Notes under the pieces: generated by a model
The model's database searches: none
Told to the model about the DNA's origin: nothing
The model's input: the letters and a program-made list of their open reading frames with translations, nothing else
NCBI GenBank assembly: GCA_900551815.1
Contig: URXE01000001.1
Location: 3,948 to 67,947 of the forward strand
Direction: 5' to 3'
Source: an uncultured Collinsella sp.
GTDB taxonomy: Bacteria; Actinomycetota; Coriobacteriia; Coriobacteriales; Coriobacteriaceae
Length of the DNA stretch: 64,000 nt
Program-made: the position numbers and the translations under genes
Shown: in pieces, positions 41,746 to 52,325 of the stretch
Numbering within the stretch: position 1 is the stretch's first letter
Layout: every line of letters starts with the position of its first letter

Positions 41746-42107
41746 ACGGACTCCTTTCATCGATGTTGGCAGGGCCACCGTGCCTCTTGGCCGGTTGGCG
41801 TCGGGATCGTGGAGCCAACTCTCTACCCCGACTCTGGATAAAACGCGCCCACTCCTTGCGGGCACGATGGAGTCTATCAGCGCGCGGACAGAAATCAAGC
41901 GCCGCCTGCGAAATGACGTGCAAGCGACGCTTGATTGCGCGGCGATTATTCGGCCAACATCCGGAAAAGTGTCGAAATCGGCCGTAAGAAAGTACGGAAA
42001 AGTGTCAAATCTGACGGTCTCAACATCCGGAAAAGTGTAACCGGATGACAAAACAGCACGTAGAAGCTGGTGTTGCATGTGGACGCTTCAGCCGTCCCTA
42101 ACCCTCG

Positions 42108-43112
42108 CTACTCGTCGTCTCCGTCGTTGGGGTCACCCTTGAGGGTGTTGATGTCCAGGTACTGGTTGTCGTCCTCTGCTTGCTGCGTTGCCGATTCGGA
42201 CGCGGTGGGGCCGCGGAACAGCTGGAATCCCTCAAACGCGATCACGCCGAGCAGAGCGATGATGATGGCGATAAAGACAACCTTTGCCGCCTGCGAAAAC
42301 TCCGAAAAGCGCGGCGGTTCTTCTTCGGTGTGGTAATCGGCAGCGCGCTCATCGTCGGTGCCGTGGGTATACGACGATGCCGAGGCTGCCTTTACGCTCG
42401 CTTGGTTGTAATCGGGAACGAGCGTGGCGGCAAACGGATCGCGAGAATAGCCGCTCGACGTTTGGCCGTAATCCTCGGTTTCGATGCGGCCGGCGCGAGG
42501 TTGTTCGTTCGGGCGGTTGGCGTATGCTGCGGTGCTGTCGTATGCGGAGTCGCGTTTCTCGGCAGCCGCAAACAGGGGGTTTACCGGAATGTTGAGCGCC
42601 GGCATGCCGCCCGAGGTCTCGTCCAGATCTGCCGCTGCCCAGGAATCAAAGGCAAACTGGCGGTTGGAAAGATCATCCAGGTCCATGACGGGCGGCTCGA
42701 GCTCGGGCTCGGGAGCCGTGTATGCCGACTGCTGCGGGGCGGCGTGGCGAATCGTGCTGTCTGCCGTGGGGCGCTGTGCCGCTGCAGCGAGAAACGCCGC
42801 CGTCTCGGACGGATCGCTAGCAGGATGGGGCGCAGGGGCGGCTTTACGCTTTGTCTGCACGATGGGACGGGTGGCAAAGTCGTCCGCGGGCACGGATGCC
42901 GACGCGGGCGTGGCGGAAGGTGCGGGCTTTGCACTTGTCGGGCGAACCCCGCCGCCCATGAGTTCCTCGGCGGTCCAAGGGCGGTCGCTCATCACGTCGT
43001 CGAGGCTCAACGCAAACAGATCGTCTTCGCCCTCGTCAAACGCGCGTTTCGCATGCCTGGCGCCAGAAACGGTGCCTCCGCGGCAGTTGCGTGATGCGTT
43101 GCTCGACCACAT
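42108..43112 (-). CDS. Hypothetical protein, disordered acidic/Ala-Pro region with one C-terminal TM helix
   Basis: VVFIAIIIALLGVIAF segment; start uncertain. Confidence 0.7.
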   Translation of the reverse strand: MWSSNASRNCRGGTVSGARHAKRAFDEGEDDLFALSLDDVMSDRPWTAEELMGGGVRPTSAKPAPSATPASASVPADDFATRPIVQTKRKAAPAPHPASDPSETAAFLAAAAQRPTADSTIRHAAPQQSAYTAPEPELEPPVMDLDDLSNRQFAFDSWAAADLDETSGGMPALNIPVNPLFAAAEKRDSAYDSTAAYANRPNEQPRAGRIETEDYGQTSSGYSRDPFAATLVPDYNQASVKAASASSYTHGTDDERAADYHTEEEPPRFSEFSQAAKVVFIAIIIALLGVIAFEGFQLFRGPTASESATQQAEDDNQYLDINTLKGDPNDGDDE

Positions 43113-43237
43113 CTTGTTCCATCCTTTCGAAATGCTCACATTCATCGATTATATGGAACTTGCCTAGCGGCCGACTCTCGGATTCGTGCATTCCAGAACT
43201 CGCGCCCAAAAGGGGAGGGGCGATCCGGCCGAGTTGC

Positions 43238-43891
43238 CTACTTGTCGCCGGCGGCAGCCTTTGCCTCGTTGAGGTAGCTATAGAAGCTGTACTTTGAGAT
43301 GCCAAAGAACTCGCAGGCGCGCTCGCTCGATTTGGAGATAAGGAAGGCGCCGCGACGGTCGAGGTAGCCAATGGCGCGGATGCGCTCATCTTTGGTCATG
43401 AGCGCCGCGGGCTTGCCCACAAACTGTTCGCACTCGCGCAGCAGGTCTTCGAGCAGGTCGCCGATGTTTTTGGTGATGGGCTCGGGCTCGGTGTATCCCT
43501 TGTCGCCCGTGCCGGCGAGCGCGTCGAGCGAGCGCTCAAAAGCCTTCATGAGCGTAATGTCAAAGTTAATGCCCAAAATGCCGACGGGCTTGTCCTCGTC
43601 GTTGCGGATAAAGATGGTCGAGGACTTGAGCAGCTTGCCATCGGCGGTTTTGGTGAGGTATGGCTCGCGGTCGTGCACGTCGGCGGTGCCCTCGTGCATG
43701 GACTCAAGCACAATATGGCTGGGGCCGTCACCCAGTTTGCGCCCGCTGACGTGGCCGTTTTCGATCACTACGATGGAGTGGTCCACGTCCTCGGTCTCCA
43801 AGTCGTGGACGACGACTTCGCAGTTGGGGCCAAACTGGAGCGCCAAGCCGTGTGCAAGGCGCTTGTAAAACTCAATCTGTGCGGGGGTCAT
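43238..43891 (-). CDS. Second YheO-like PAS + HTH regulator
   Basis: CEVVVHDL, NGHVSGRKLGDG, LKSSTIFI, GAFLISKS...YSYL. Confidence 0.88.
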   Translation of the reverse strand: MTPAQIEFYKRLAHGLALQFGPNCEVVVHDLETEDVDHSIVVIENGHVSGRKLGDGPSHIVLESMHEGTADVHDREPYLTKTADGKLLKSSTIFIRNDEDKPVGILGINFDITLMKAFERSLDALAGTGDKGYTEPEPITKNIGDLLEDLLRECEQFVGKPAALMTKDERIRAIGYLDRRGAFLISKSSERACEFFGISKYSFYSYLNEAKAAAGDK

Positions 43892-44168
43892 GGGTGCCTT
43901 CCTAAAAATTAGTTTGGGCTCACTTTGCCATAAACCCCACTTGTTCGCAAATAACGAAAGCGTCGCTGCGTTATGTAACCGTTCGTCGGCGAAAAGGTAC
44001 CGATTACGGCAACAAACAATTTGTTAGGTTTGCCAATCAAAAAGTGTGATAGAACAGTGCTAACAAACTTTTTGTTTGGCATCCACATAAAAGTTCAGTC
44101 GCATGAATGGGAATGGGCTGAAACGCGTATGCGGGGGCCGGCAAGAGAGGACTTAAGGAGTTCACCGT

Positions 44169-45383
44169 ATGGCCGATAAGATCCAGTGGACGGGCAACAC
44201 GATGCCCAAGAGCGATGACAAGCACTTGGGAATCATGAGCCTCGACCACGTGAAGAAGGCCCGTGCCTTCCACCAGTCGTTCCCCCAGTACACCGTCACT
44301 CCGCTTGCCCGCCTGGATGGCCAGGCCGCGCGCCTGGGCCTGTCCAACCTGTGCGTTAAGGACGAGAGCTATCGCTTTGGCCTCAACGCCTTTAAGGTTC
44401 TGGGCGGTTCGTTTGCCATGGCCAACTACATTGCCGACGAGACCGGCAAGGACGTTGCCGAGTGCACCTTCGATTACCTGACCTCCGATCAGCTTGCCAA
44501 GGACTTTGGCCAGGCTACCTTCTTTACCGCCACCGACGGCAACCATGGCCGCGGTGTGGCATGGGCTGCCAACAAGCTGGGCCAGAAGGCCGTCGTGCAC
44601 ATGCCCAAGGGTTCCACCAAGCCCCGCTTTGATAACATCGCCGCCGAGGGCGCCACGGTGACCATCGAAGAGGTCAACTACGACGAGTGCGTGCGCATGG
44701 CCGCCGCCGAGGCCGACGCCTGCGAGCGCGGCGTCATCGTTCAGGACACCGCCTGGGAGGGCTACGAGAAGATCCCGTCCTGGATCATGGAGGGCTACGG
44801 CACCATGGCTTCCGAGGCTGCCGAGCAGCTGCGCGAGATGGCCATCAACCGCCCGACGCACGTCTTTGTCCAGGCTGGCGTAGGCTCGCTCGCCGGCGCC
44901 GTGGTGGGCTACTTCACCAACCTGTATCCCGATAACCCGCCCACCTTCGTTGTGGTCGAGTGCGCTCCTGCCGCCTGCCTGTACAAGGGTGCTGCCGCCG
45001 GCGACGGCGATCCGCGCATCGTGGACGGCGACATGCCCTCCATCATGGCCGGCCTGTGCTGCGGCGAGCCCAACATCCTGGGCTGGGATATCCTGCGCAA
45101 CCACACCACCGCCTTCGTGTCCTGCCCCGACTGGGTCACCGCTCGCGGCATGCGCACCCTGGGCGCTCCCGAGAAGGGCGACCCGCGCGTCATCTCCGGC
45201 GAGTCCGGCGCTGTGACCACCGGCCTGGTCGAGACCCTCATGCTCGATCCCGAGTACGCCGAGCTCAAGGAGCTCATCGGTCTGGACAAGACGAGCTCCG
45301 TGCTCTGCTTCTCCACCGAGGGCGACACGGATCCGGATCAGTACCGTCGCATCGTCTGGGAAGGCGAATACCCCACTTGCTAA
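44169..45383 (+). CDS. dpaL: Diaminopropionate ammonia-lyase (YgeX)
   Basis: KDESYRFGLNAFKVLG, TATDGNHGRG, QDTAWEGY, STEGDTD. Confidence 0.95.
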   Translation: MADKIQWTGNTMPKSDDKHLGIMSLDHVKKARAFHQSFPQYTVTPLARLDGQAARLGLSNLCVKDESYRFGLNAFKVLGGSFAMANYIADETGKDVAECTFDYLTSDQLAKDFGQATFFTATDGNHGRGVAWAANKLGQKAVVHMPKGSTKPRFDNIAAEGATVTIEEVNYDECVRMAAAEADACERGVIVQDTAWEGYEKIPSWIMEGYGTMASEAAEQLREMAINRPTHVFVQAGVGSLAGAVVGYFTNLYPDNPPTFVVVECAPAACLYKGAAAGDGDPRIVDGDMPSIMAGLCCGEPNILGWDILRNHTTAFVSCPDWVTARGMRTLGAPEKGDPRVISGESGAVTTGLVETLMLDPEYAELKELIGLDKTSSVLCFSTEGDTDPDQYRRIVWEGEYPTC

Positions 45384-45455
45384 TACTGGGCGGAGTAAAT
45401 AGGTATCGCTCCGCCACCTCACAGGTAGATTCCTTCGTTTGAAAGGTTATGAACA

Positions 45456-46841
45456 ATGGCTAAAGAACTCGATTTCGACGCTATCAAGGCTGCTGCTGAG
45501 TCCCACCGTGCTGATATGACGCGTTTTCTGCGCGCTATGATCTCCCATCCCTCTGAGTCTTGCGAGGAGGGTGAGGTTGTCGCCTGCATCAAGGCCGAGA
45601 TGGAGAGCCTCGGCTATGACGAGGTCAAGGTCGACGGCCTGGGCAACGTCATGGGCTTTATGGGCGAGGGCGACAAGATCATCGCCATCGACTCTCACAT
45701 CGACACCGTCGGCATCGGCAACATCGATAACTGGGATGCCGATCCTTATGAGGGTTACGAGACCGACGAGATCATCTACGGCCGCGGCGGCTCCGACCAG
45801 GAGGGTGGCATGGCTTCTGCTACCTACGCTGCCAAGATGATGAAGGACATGGGCCTCATCCCCGAGGGCTACAAGATTATGGTCGTCGGCACCGTCCAGG
45901 AAGAGGACTGCGACGGCATGTGCTGGCAGTACATCTACAACAAGGACGGCATTAAGCCCGAGTTCGTCATTTCCACCGAGCCCACCGACGGCGGCATCTA
46001 TCGCGGTCACCGCGGCCGTATGGAGATCCGCGTCGACGTTCACGGCACCTCCTGCCACGGCTCCGCTCCCGACCGCGGCGACAACGCCATCTACAAGATG
46101 GCCGACATCATCGCCGACGTCCGCGCCCTCAACAACAACGGCTGCGACGAGTCGACCGACATCAAGGGCCTCGTCAAGATGCTCGACCCCAAGTACAACC
46201 CCGAGCACTTCGAGGACGCCCGCTTCCTGGGTCGCGGCACCTGCACCGTCAGCCAGATCTTCTACACCAGCCCCAGCCGCTGCGCTGTCGCTGACTCCTG
46301 CGCCATCTCCATCGACCGTCGCATGACCGCCGGTGAGACCTGGGAGTCCTGCCTGGACGAGATCCGCAACCTGCCGGCCGCCAAGAAGTACGGCGATGAC
46401 GTGAAGGTCTCCATGTACATGTACGACCGTCCGTCCTGGACCGGCGAGGTCTACGAGACCGAGGCTTACTTCCCCACGTGGATCAACAAGGAGACCGCTC
46501 CGCACGTCAAGGCCCTCGTCGACGCCCACAAGGCCATGTTCGGTGACGAGCGCATCGGCTGCGAGCCCAGCATGGACAAGCGCACCGGTCGCCCGCTGTG
46601 CGACAAGTGGACCTTCTCCACGAACTGCGTTTCCATCCAGGGCCGCTATGGCATTCCCTGCGTCGGCTTTGGCCCGGGTGCCGAGTCTCAGGCTCACGCT
46701 CCCAACGAGGTCACCTACAAGGACGACCTGGTCACCGCTGCCGCCATGTATGTGGCTGCCCTGAACCTCTACGATCCGAGCCAGGCCGATGGCGATGCCA
46801 CCGTGTTCCGCGCCGGTCTGACCAACAACAAGATCGACTAG
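45456..46841 (+). CDS. ygeY: YgeY M20-family hydrolase
   Basis: [31 protein letters not shown]. Confidence 0.92.
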   Translation: MAKELDFDAIKAAAESHRADMTRFLRAMISHPSESCEEGEVVACIKAEMESLGYDEVKVDGLGNVMGFMGEGDKIIAIDSHIDTVGIGNIDNWDADPYEGYETDEIIYGRGGSDQEGGMASATYAAKMMKDMGLIPEGYKIMVVGTVQEEDCDGMCWQYIYNKDGIKPEFVISTEPTDGGIYRGHRGRMEIRVDVHGTSCHGSAPDRGDNAIYKMADIIADVRALNNNGCDESTDIKGLVKMLDPKYNPEHFEDARFLGRGTCTVSQIFYTSPSRCAVADSCAISIDRRMTAGETWESCLDEIRNLPAAKKYGDDVKVSMYMYDRPSWTGEVYETEAYFPTWINKETAPHVKALVDAHKAMFGDERIGCEPSMDKRTGRPLCDKWTFSTNCVSIQGRYGIPCVGFGPGAESQAHAPNEVTYKDDLVTAAAMYVAALNLYDPSQADGDATVFRAGLTNNKID

Positions 46842-47042
46842 TCCCATTCCTCGATCTTGTTGAGCCGGGGACAGTTTATGCCCCCGGCGCCTCCTGTTGA
46901 CTTGGGGCCCGCGGTCGTTATCTCCCATGCTTCCTCAACGGTAGCGGGTCCTCGTCATAGCGCTCTGCATGTTCTAGCCACACGCGCATGCCGGAGCACA
47001 TCTACTCATTGCGATCGTTTCACCTTTAGAAAGGACATTTCC

Positions 47043-48245
47043 ATGGACGCTAAGTTTACCGAGCTCGTCGAGCAGCTGAACGGCCTCGATTTTAAGGGTA
47101 TGTACGGCAGCGACTTCCTGCACACCTGGGACAAGACCACCGATGAGCTCAAGGCGCTCTACATCGTCGCCGACGCTCTGCGCGAGCTGCGCGAGAACAA
47201 CGTTTCGTCCAAGATTTTCGATTCGGGCCTGGCCGTCTCGCTGTTCCGCGACAACTCCACCCGTACGCGCTTCTCCTTCTCTAAGGCCGCCAACCTGCTC
47301 GGCCTTGAGCTGCAGGACCTGGACGAGAAGAAGTCCCAGATCGCTCACGGCGAGACCGTCCGCGAGACCGCTACCATGATCTCCTTCATGGCCGACGTCA
47401 TCGGCATCCGCGACGACATGTACATCGGTAAGGGCGACGCCTACATGGCCGAGGTCTCCGAGTCTGTCCAGCAGGCTTACGAGGACGGCGTTCTGGATCA
47501 CCGTCCCACGCTCATCTCCCTGCAGTCCGACTCCGATCACCCCACGCAGTCCTCTGCCGACATGCTCTACCTCATCAACGAGTTTGGCGGCCTCGAGAAC
47601 CTCAAGGGCAAGAAGGTTGCCGTCACCTGGGCCTATTCGCCCTCTTACGGCAAGCCGCTGTCCTGCCCGCAGTCGCTGATCAGCCTGCTGCCCCGCTTTG
47701 GCATGGACGTCACCCTGGCTCACCCCGAGGGCTACGACCTCATGCCCGAGGTCGTCGAGCGTGCCAAGAGCTATGCCGCCGAGTCCGGCACCACCTTTAA
47801 GCAGGTCAACACCATGGCCGAGGCCTTCGAGGGCGCCGACATCGTGATCCCCAAGAGCTGGGCTCCGTTTGCCGCCATGGAGAAGCGTACCAACCTGTAC
47901 GCCGAGGGCGACGACGCCGGCATCGCTGCGCTCGAGAAGGAGCTGCTCGCCCAGAACGCCACCCATCAGGATTGGTGCTCCACGACCGAGCTCATGGAGA
48001 AGACCGCCAACGGCCAGGACACCATCTTTATGCACCCGCTGCCCGCCGACATCTCCGGTGTCTCCTGCGAGCACGGCGAGGTCAACGCCGACGTCTTCGA
48101 CATGCACCGCGTGGGCATGTACAAGGAGGCCAGCTACAAGCCGTACGCCATCGCAGCCATGATGTTCCTGCAGAAGGTTGCCGATCCCGCCGCTACCCTC
48201 AAGGCCCTCGACGAGCGCAACACCGCCCGTTGGTTCCAGGCCTAA
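47043..48245 (+). CDS. ygeW: Knotted carbamoyltransferase YgeW
   Basis: FRDNSTRTRFS, DHPTQ, WAYSPSYGKPLS, MHPLPAD. Confidence 0.92.
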   Translation: MDAKFTELVEQLNGLDFKGMYGSDFLHTWDKTTDELKALYIVADALRELRENNVSSKIFDSGLAVSLFRDNSTRTRFSFSKAANLLGLELQDLDEKKSQIAHGETVRETATMISFMADVIGIRDDMYIGKGDAYMAEVSESVQQAYEDGVLDHRPTLISLQSDSDHPTQSSADMLYLINEFGGLENLKGKKVAVTWAYSPSYGKPLSCPQSLISLLPRFGMDVTLAHPEGYDLMPEVVERAKSYAAESGTTFKQVNTMAEAFEGADIVIPKSWAPFAAMEKRTNLYAEGDDAGIAALEKELLAQNATHQDWCSTTELMEKTANGQDTIFMHPLPADISGVSCEHGEVNADVFDMHRVGMYKEASYKPYAIAAMMFLQKVADPAATLKALDERNTARWFQA

Positions 48246-48259
48246 AGCTGGGCTGAGAA

Positions 48260-49210
48260 ATGGCTAAGCGTATTGTTGTCGCCTTGGGCGGAAACGCCCT
48301 CGGCGCCAACCTTCCCGAGCAGATGGAGGCCGTCAAGACGACTTCTAAGGCTATCGTCGACCTGATCGAGGAAGGCAACGAGGTCGTCGTCGTGCATGGC
48401 AACGGCCCCCAGGTGGGTATGATCGCCAACGCGATGGCCGAGCTCACGCGTTCTAATCCTCAGAAGTACATTCCCTGCCCGTTGTCCGTTTGCGGCGCCA
48501 TGAGCCAGGGCTACATTGGCTATGACCTGCAAAATGCGCTGCGCGAGGAAATGCTCGACCGCAATATCGACAAGGGTGTCGCCACCGTGCTCACCCAGGT
48601 CGAGGTTGCGGCAGACGACCCGGCCTTTGCCGACCCGGTCAAGCCGATTGGTCCGTGGATGAGCGAGGCCGAGGCCAAGGAGCTGGAGGCCGACCGCGGC
48701 TACCAGTTCATCCACGACGAGAAGCAGGGCTTCCGTCGCGTGGTTGCCTCGCCCAAGCCCGTGAACATCGTCGAGCTCGACACCATCAAGTCGCTCGTCG
48801 AGTCCAACCACGTGGTGATCTCCTGCGGCGGTGGCGGTATTCCCGTCACCAAGGCCCAGGGCAACCACCTTAAGGGCGCTGCCGCCGTCATCGATAAGGA
48901 CTTTGCGGCCGAGAAGCTCGCCGAGCAGCTCGACGCCGATGCCCTGATTATCCTGACGGCCGTGGAGAAGGTTGCCATTGGCTTTGGCACCGACCACGAG
49001 CAGTGGCTCGACACGCTGACCGCGGCTGACGTAAAGCGTCTGTCCGAGGCCAACGAGTTCGGTCGTGGCTCCATGCTGCCCAAGGTTCAGGCCGCCTCGA
49101 CGTTTGCCGAGAGCAAGCCGGGCCGCACGGCGCTCATCACGCTGCTCGAGAAGGCGCGTGACGGTCTTGCCGGCAAGACCGGTACCACGTTTACCGGCGA
49201 CGCTGAGTAG
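48260..49210 (+). CDS. arcC: Carbamate kinase (YqeA-like)
   Basis: VALGGNAL, HGNGPQVG, RRVVASP, GSMLPK. Confidence 0.95.
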   Translation: MAKRIVVALGGNALGANLPEQMEAVKTTSKAIVDLIEEGNEVVVVHGNGPQVGMIANAMAELTRSNPQKYIPCPLSVCGAMSQGYIGYDLQNALREEMLDRNIDKGVATVLTQVEVAADDPAFADPVKPIGPWMSEAEAKELEADRGYQFIHDEKQGFRRVVASPKPVNIVELDTIKSLVESNHVVISCGGGGIPVTKAQGNHLKGAAAVIDKDFAAEKLAEQLDADALIILTAVEKVAIGFGTDHEQWLDTLTAADVKRLSEANEFGRGSMLPKVQAASTFAESKPGRTALITLLEKARDGLAGKTGTTFTGDAE

Positions 49211-49387
49211 GCATATCTGCACCATTGAGGAGGGTGCCCTGCGTCGCGGGGTGCCCTCCTTTGTGCTATGGAGAGCCAAGGGTCGTTCGCTGGAAAACGA
49301 GTGCGTGCCTGTTCCGACGGAGTGTGAGCTTGGTATGGTGGGTATAGCAACTATGGTGTCCAAAGCAGCCAGGGGAGGTTTGCGGAG

Positions 49388-50002
49388 ATGAAACTCGGTT
49401 GCGTCATTATGGCTTCGGGCGAGGGCAAGCGGTTTGGCTCTAACAAGATGCTTGCCGATATCTATGGCGAGCCGCTGATTGCCCGGACCATCGATTCGGT
49501 TCCCCAGGGCTTTGACGCCGTGGTTTCGACGCGTTGGCCCGAGGTCGCCCAGATTTGCGAGGACAAGCATTGCCCGTGCGTGCTGCACGATGGCGAGCTG
49601 CGCAGCGAAAGCGTCCGCGCGGGCCTTTCGTGGGGGGTCGAACGCAACTGGAAAGGCTGCCTCTTTTTGCCTGGCGACCAGCCGCTCGTGAGCGCGGATT
49701 CTTTTGAGGCCATGGTTCGTGCATTTGACGAGCGTGGTCGCGAGCATCCGGTGCGTCTTGCGTGCAACGGGGAGCCTTCGAGCCCGGTGCTCTTTCCGGC
49801 GGAACTGTTCGATGCGCTCATGCGTCTTGAGGGCAAGGACGGCGGCGGTTCGATCCTCAAGGACCGTACCGACGTGGTGCTGGTCGAGGCGCGTGCCTAC
49901 GAGCTGTGGGACGTCGATACCGCCAAGGGACAGCGACGCATAACGGAGCATATCGCCGCCTGCTCGTATTTTGATCGCGTGGCCAACAGCATCAATCAAT
50001 AA
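49388..50002 (+). CDS. mocA: Molybdenum cofactor cytidylyltransferase-like (MocA/YgfJ)
   Basis: MASGEGKRFGSNK, LPGDQP, PVLF, DVDT; cluster context. Confidence 0.8.
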   Translation: MKLGCVIMASGEGKRFGSNKMLADIYGEPLIARTIDSVPQGFDAVVSTRWPEVAQICEDKHCPCVLHDGELRSESVRAGLSWGVERNWKGCLFLPGDQPLVSADSFEAMVRAFDERGREHPVRLACNGEPSSPVLFPAELFDALMRLEGKDGGGSILKDRTDVVLVEARAYELWDVDTAKGQRRITEHIAACSYFDRVANSINQ

Positions 50003-50011
50003 GGAGCAATT

Positions 50012-51379
50012 ATGATCATCATCAAAAACGGCGCGCTCGTGACGCCCCAGGGGCTTCGCCGCGCCGATCTTGCCATGGATGGCGATAAGATCGTGCGGAT
50101 CGCCGCGGCGATCGAGCCGGCCGAGGGCGATACCGTCGAGGACGCCGCGGGCTGCTGGGTGTTTCCCGGCTTTATCGACGGCCACACGCACATGCAGTGC
50201 TGGACCGGCATGGATTGGACAGCCGATAGCTTTGAGACCGGCACGCGCGCGGCTGCCTGCGGCGGCACGACGACCATTGTGGACTACGCGACGGCCGATC
50301 GCGGCGTGACCATGCCCGATGCCTTGGCCGAGTGGCATCGCCGCGCCGACGGCACCTGCACGGCAAACTACGCTTTCCATATGGCACTCGCCGAGTGGAA
50401 CGAGCGCAACCGCGCCGATCTTTCGGCCATGCGCGAGGCGGGCGTATCGTCGTTCAAGACCTACTTTGCCTACGACCACCTGCGCCTGGACGATGCCGAG
50501 ACGCTCGAGGTGCTCGAGGAGCTCAAGCGTATTGGCGGCATACTGTGCGTGCATTGCGAGAACGGTACGCTGGTGAATGAGCTGCAGAAGCGCGTGTACG
50601 AGCAGGGGATTCATGGGCCCGAGGGGCATGCGCTCAGCCGTCCGGACGTGTGCGAGGCCGAGGCTGTGAGTCGTCTGCTGTATCTGGCGCACTTAGCCGG
50701 GGACGCTCCAGTCAATGTGGTGCACCTTTCGACCAAGCTGGGGCTCGAGGCCATTCGCGCTGCCAAAGCGCGCGGGCAGAAGAACATCTATGTCGAGACC
50801 TGCCCTCAGTATCTGATGCTCGACGATACTTGCTACTTGGAGCAGGGCGAGGACGGCTTTGCGGGTGCCAAGTATGTGATGAGCCCGCCACTGCGCCATG
50901 CCAGCGACCGTGCCGCGCTGCGCGAGGCGCTTGTGGCTGGCGAGATCGATACTATTGCGACCGATCATTGCAGCTTTAACCTGCACGGGCAAAAGGACCG
51001 CGGACGCGATGATTTCCGCGCGATTCCCAACGGCGGGCCCGGCGTGGAGCATCGTCCCGTCGCGATTGCCACGAGCTTTGAGGACCAGCTGGGACCCGAG
51101 GATCTGTGCCGCTTGATGAGCGAGAACCCGGCGCGCGTCTTTGGCATGTATCCGCGCAAGGGCTGTCTTGCCGAGGGTGCCGATGCCGACGTGTGCGTGT
51201 GGGATCCAAAGGCGCGCTGGACCATTAGCGCGGCGACGCAGCATCAGGCCGTGGACTACACGCCGCTCGAGGGCTTTGAGGCGCATGGTCGCGCCAAGGC
51301 TGTGTTTGTGAACGGCGTGCTGGTGGCGCGCGATGGCGAGCCCACCGGAGCCCAACCCGGCCGCTACGTGCCCCGCTAG
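50012..51379 (+). CDS. hydA: Dihydropyrimidinase/hydantoinase (HyuA-like)
   Basis: PGFIDGHTH, GGTTTIVD, VHCENG, ETCPQYL, ATDHC. Confidence 0.92.
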   Translation: MIIIKNGALVTPQGLRRADLAMDGDKIVRIAAAIEPAEGDTVEDAAGCWVFPGFIDGHTHMQCWTGMDWTADSFETGTRAAACGGTTTIVDYATADRGVTMPDALAEWHRRADGTCTANYAFHMALAEWNERNRADLSAMREAGVSSFKTYFAYDHLRLDDAETLEVLEELKRIGGILCVHCENGTLVNELQKRVYEQGIHGPEGHALSRPDVCEAEAVSRLLYLAHLAGDAPVNVVHLSTKLGLEAIRAAKARGQKNIYVETCPQYLMLDDTCYLEQGEDGFAGAKYVMSPPLRHASDRAALREALVAGEIDTIATDHCSFNLHGQKDRGRDDFRAIPNGGPGVEHRPVAIATSFEDQLGPEDLCRLMSENPARVFGMYPRKGCLAEGADADVCVWDPKARWTISAATQHQAVDYTPLEGFEAHGRAKAVFVNGVLVARDGEPTGAQPGRYVPR

Positions 51380-51399
51380 CAGCAAAGATGCCGTGTCCC

Positions 51400-51478
51400 C
51401 TCCTCAGTTGCGGTGAAATACGGACTGTTTGCGGCCGTCGGGCGGCCAAACAGTCCGTATTTCACCGCAACTGAGGAG
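51400..51478. repeat. 32-bp perfect inverted repeat (REP-like)
   Basis: CTCCTCAGTTGCGGTGAAATACGGACTGTTTG-N15-reverse complement. Confidence 0.85.
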
Positions 51479-51488
51479 ATGGGGCCGG

Positions 51489-52223
51489 CTACTTGAGGCT
51501 GCTGGCGACGACGGGGCGGTCGAGAGCTGCCTCGAAGCGGTCGGCCATCGTGGGGTCGCTGAGCGTGTCGACTTGGTTGAGCATGACGCGTGCGGTGCTG
51601 AGTCCCAGCGCCTGCATCTCGGAATTGAGCACCTGGGCGACGCGCTCGGGCGTGGCGATGTCGGTGAGCTCGCAGCCGCAACGCTCGCAAAAGAGCTCGG
51701 GGCGGTGGACGGCTTCGTTGATGGGCTTGCCGAGCCCCGAGGCGCCGACGAGCCAGATGACGTTGGCCGTGCCGGCGGGAACGACCGGCTCCCACGGGGC
51801 GTGGGCCTTGAGCGGGAGCCGCTTGCTGCCGTCCGCCTCGGCCAGGACGTAGCCAAAGCGCTGCGCCAGCTGGTCGAGCGGCTCGGCAGGGGAGGAGAGC
51901 TTGCCCGTCTCCGGGTCCAAAACACCCGCCTGGCAGATACTTCCGCGGCTCATGCCCGCGCATGCCTCGCAGGTGCAACCGGGGACATGCGAGGCGCCCG
52001 GCTTCCAAGGCGCGGCGTCCAGGCGACGGCTCGACCCGTCCCACGGCACGCCGGCGACGGGGAACATATGCGTGGTGGTGCAGAGGAGCGCGCGGCCGCC
52101 AGCGCGCATAAGCTCAAGGCCGAGCGTCTTTAGCAAGGTCGACTTGCCACCGCTGCCGATAATCGCGGTAATGCCCGGCTCGATCCTGAGCGCCGAGGCA
52201 AGATTGCCGCTAACCGTTTCCAT
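51489..52223 (-). CDS. yqeC: Selenium-dependent hydroxylase accessory protein YqeC
   Basis: GSGGKST, TTTHM, EADGSKRLPLKAH...EP. Confidence 0.88.
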   Translation of the reverse strand: METVSGNLASALRIEPGITAIIGSGGKSTLLKTLGLELMRAGGRALLCTTTHMFPVAGVPWDGSSRRLDAAPWKPGASHVPGCTCEACAGMSRGSICQAGVLDPETGKLSSPAEPLDQLAQRFGYVLAEADGSKRLPLKAHAPWEPVVPAGTANVIWLVGASGLGKPINEAVHRPELFCERCGCELTDIATPERVAQVLNSEMQALGLSTARVMLNQVDTLSDPTMADRFEAALDRPVVASSLK

Positions 52224-52325
52224 CTGTTCACCGCCGTATAATACTGTGATAATAAATAATCATCAGAGTAGCGGTCGAACCGCTTTTGCTCTGCTCAAAC
52301 CGTAGCACAGGGAGGTGCCCCGGGA

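Noticed and set aside
41746..42078. N-terminal extension of ORF 41323..42078
   Set aside because: A strong RBS precedes ATG 41745, and the extension covers the 33-bp repeats
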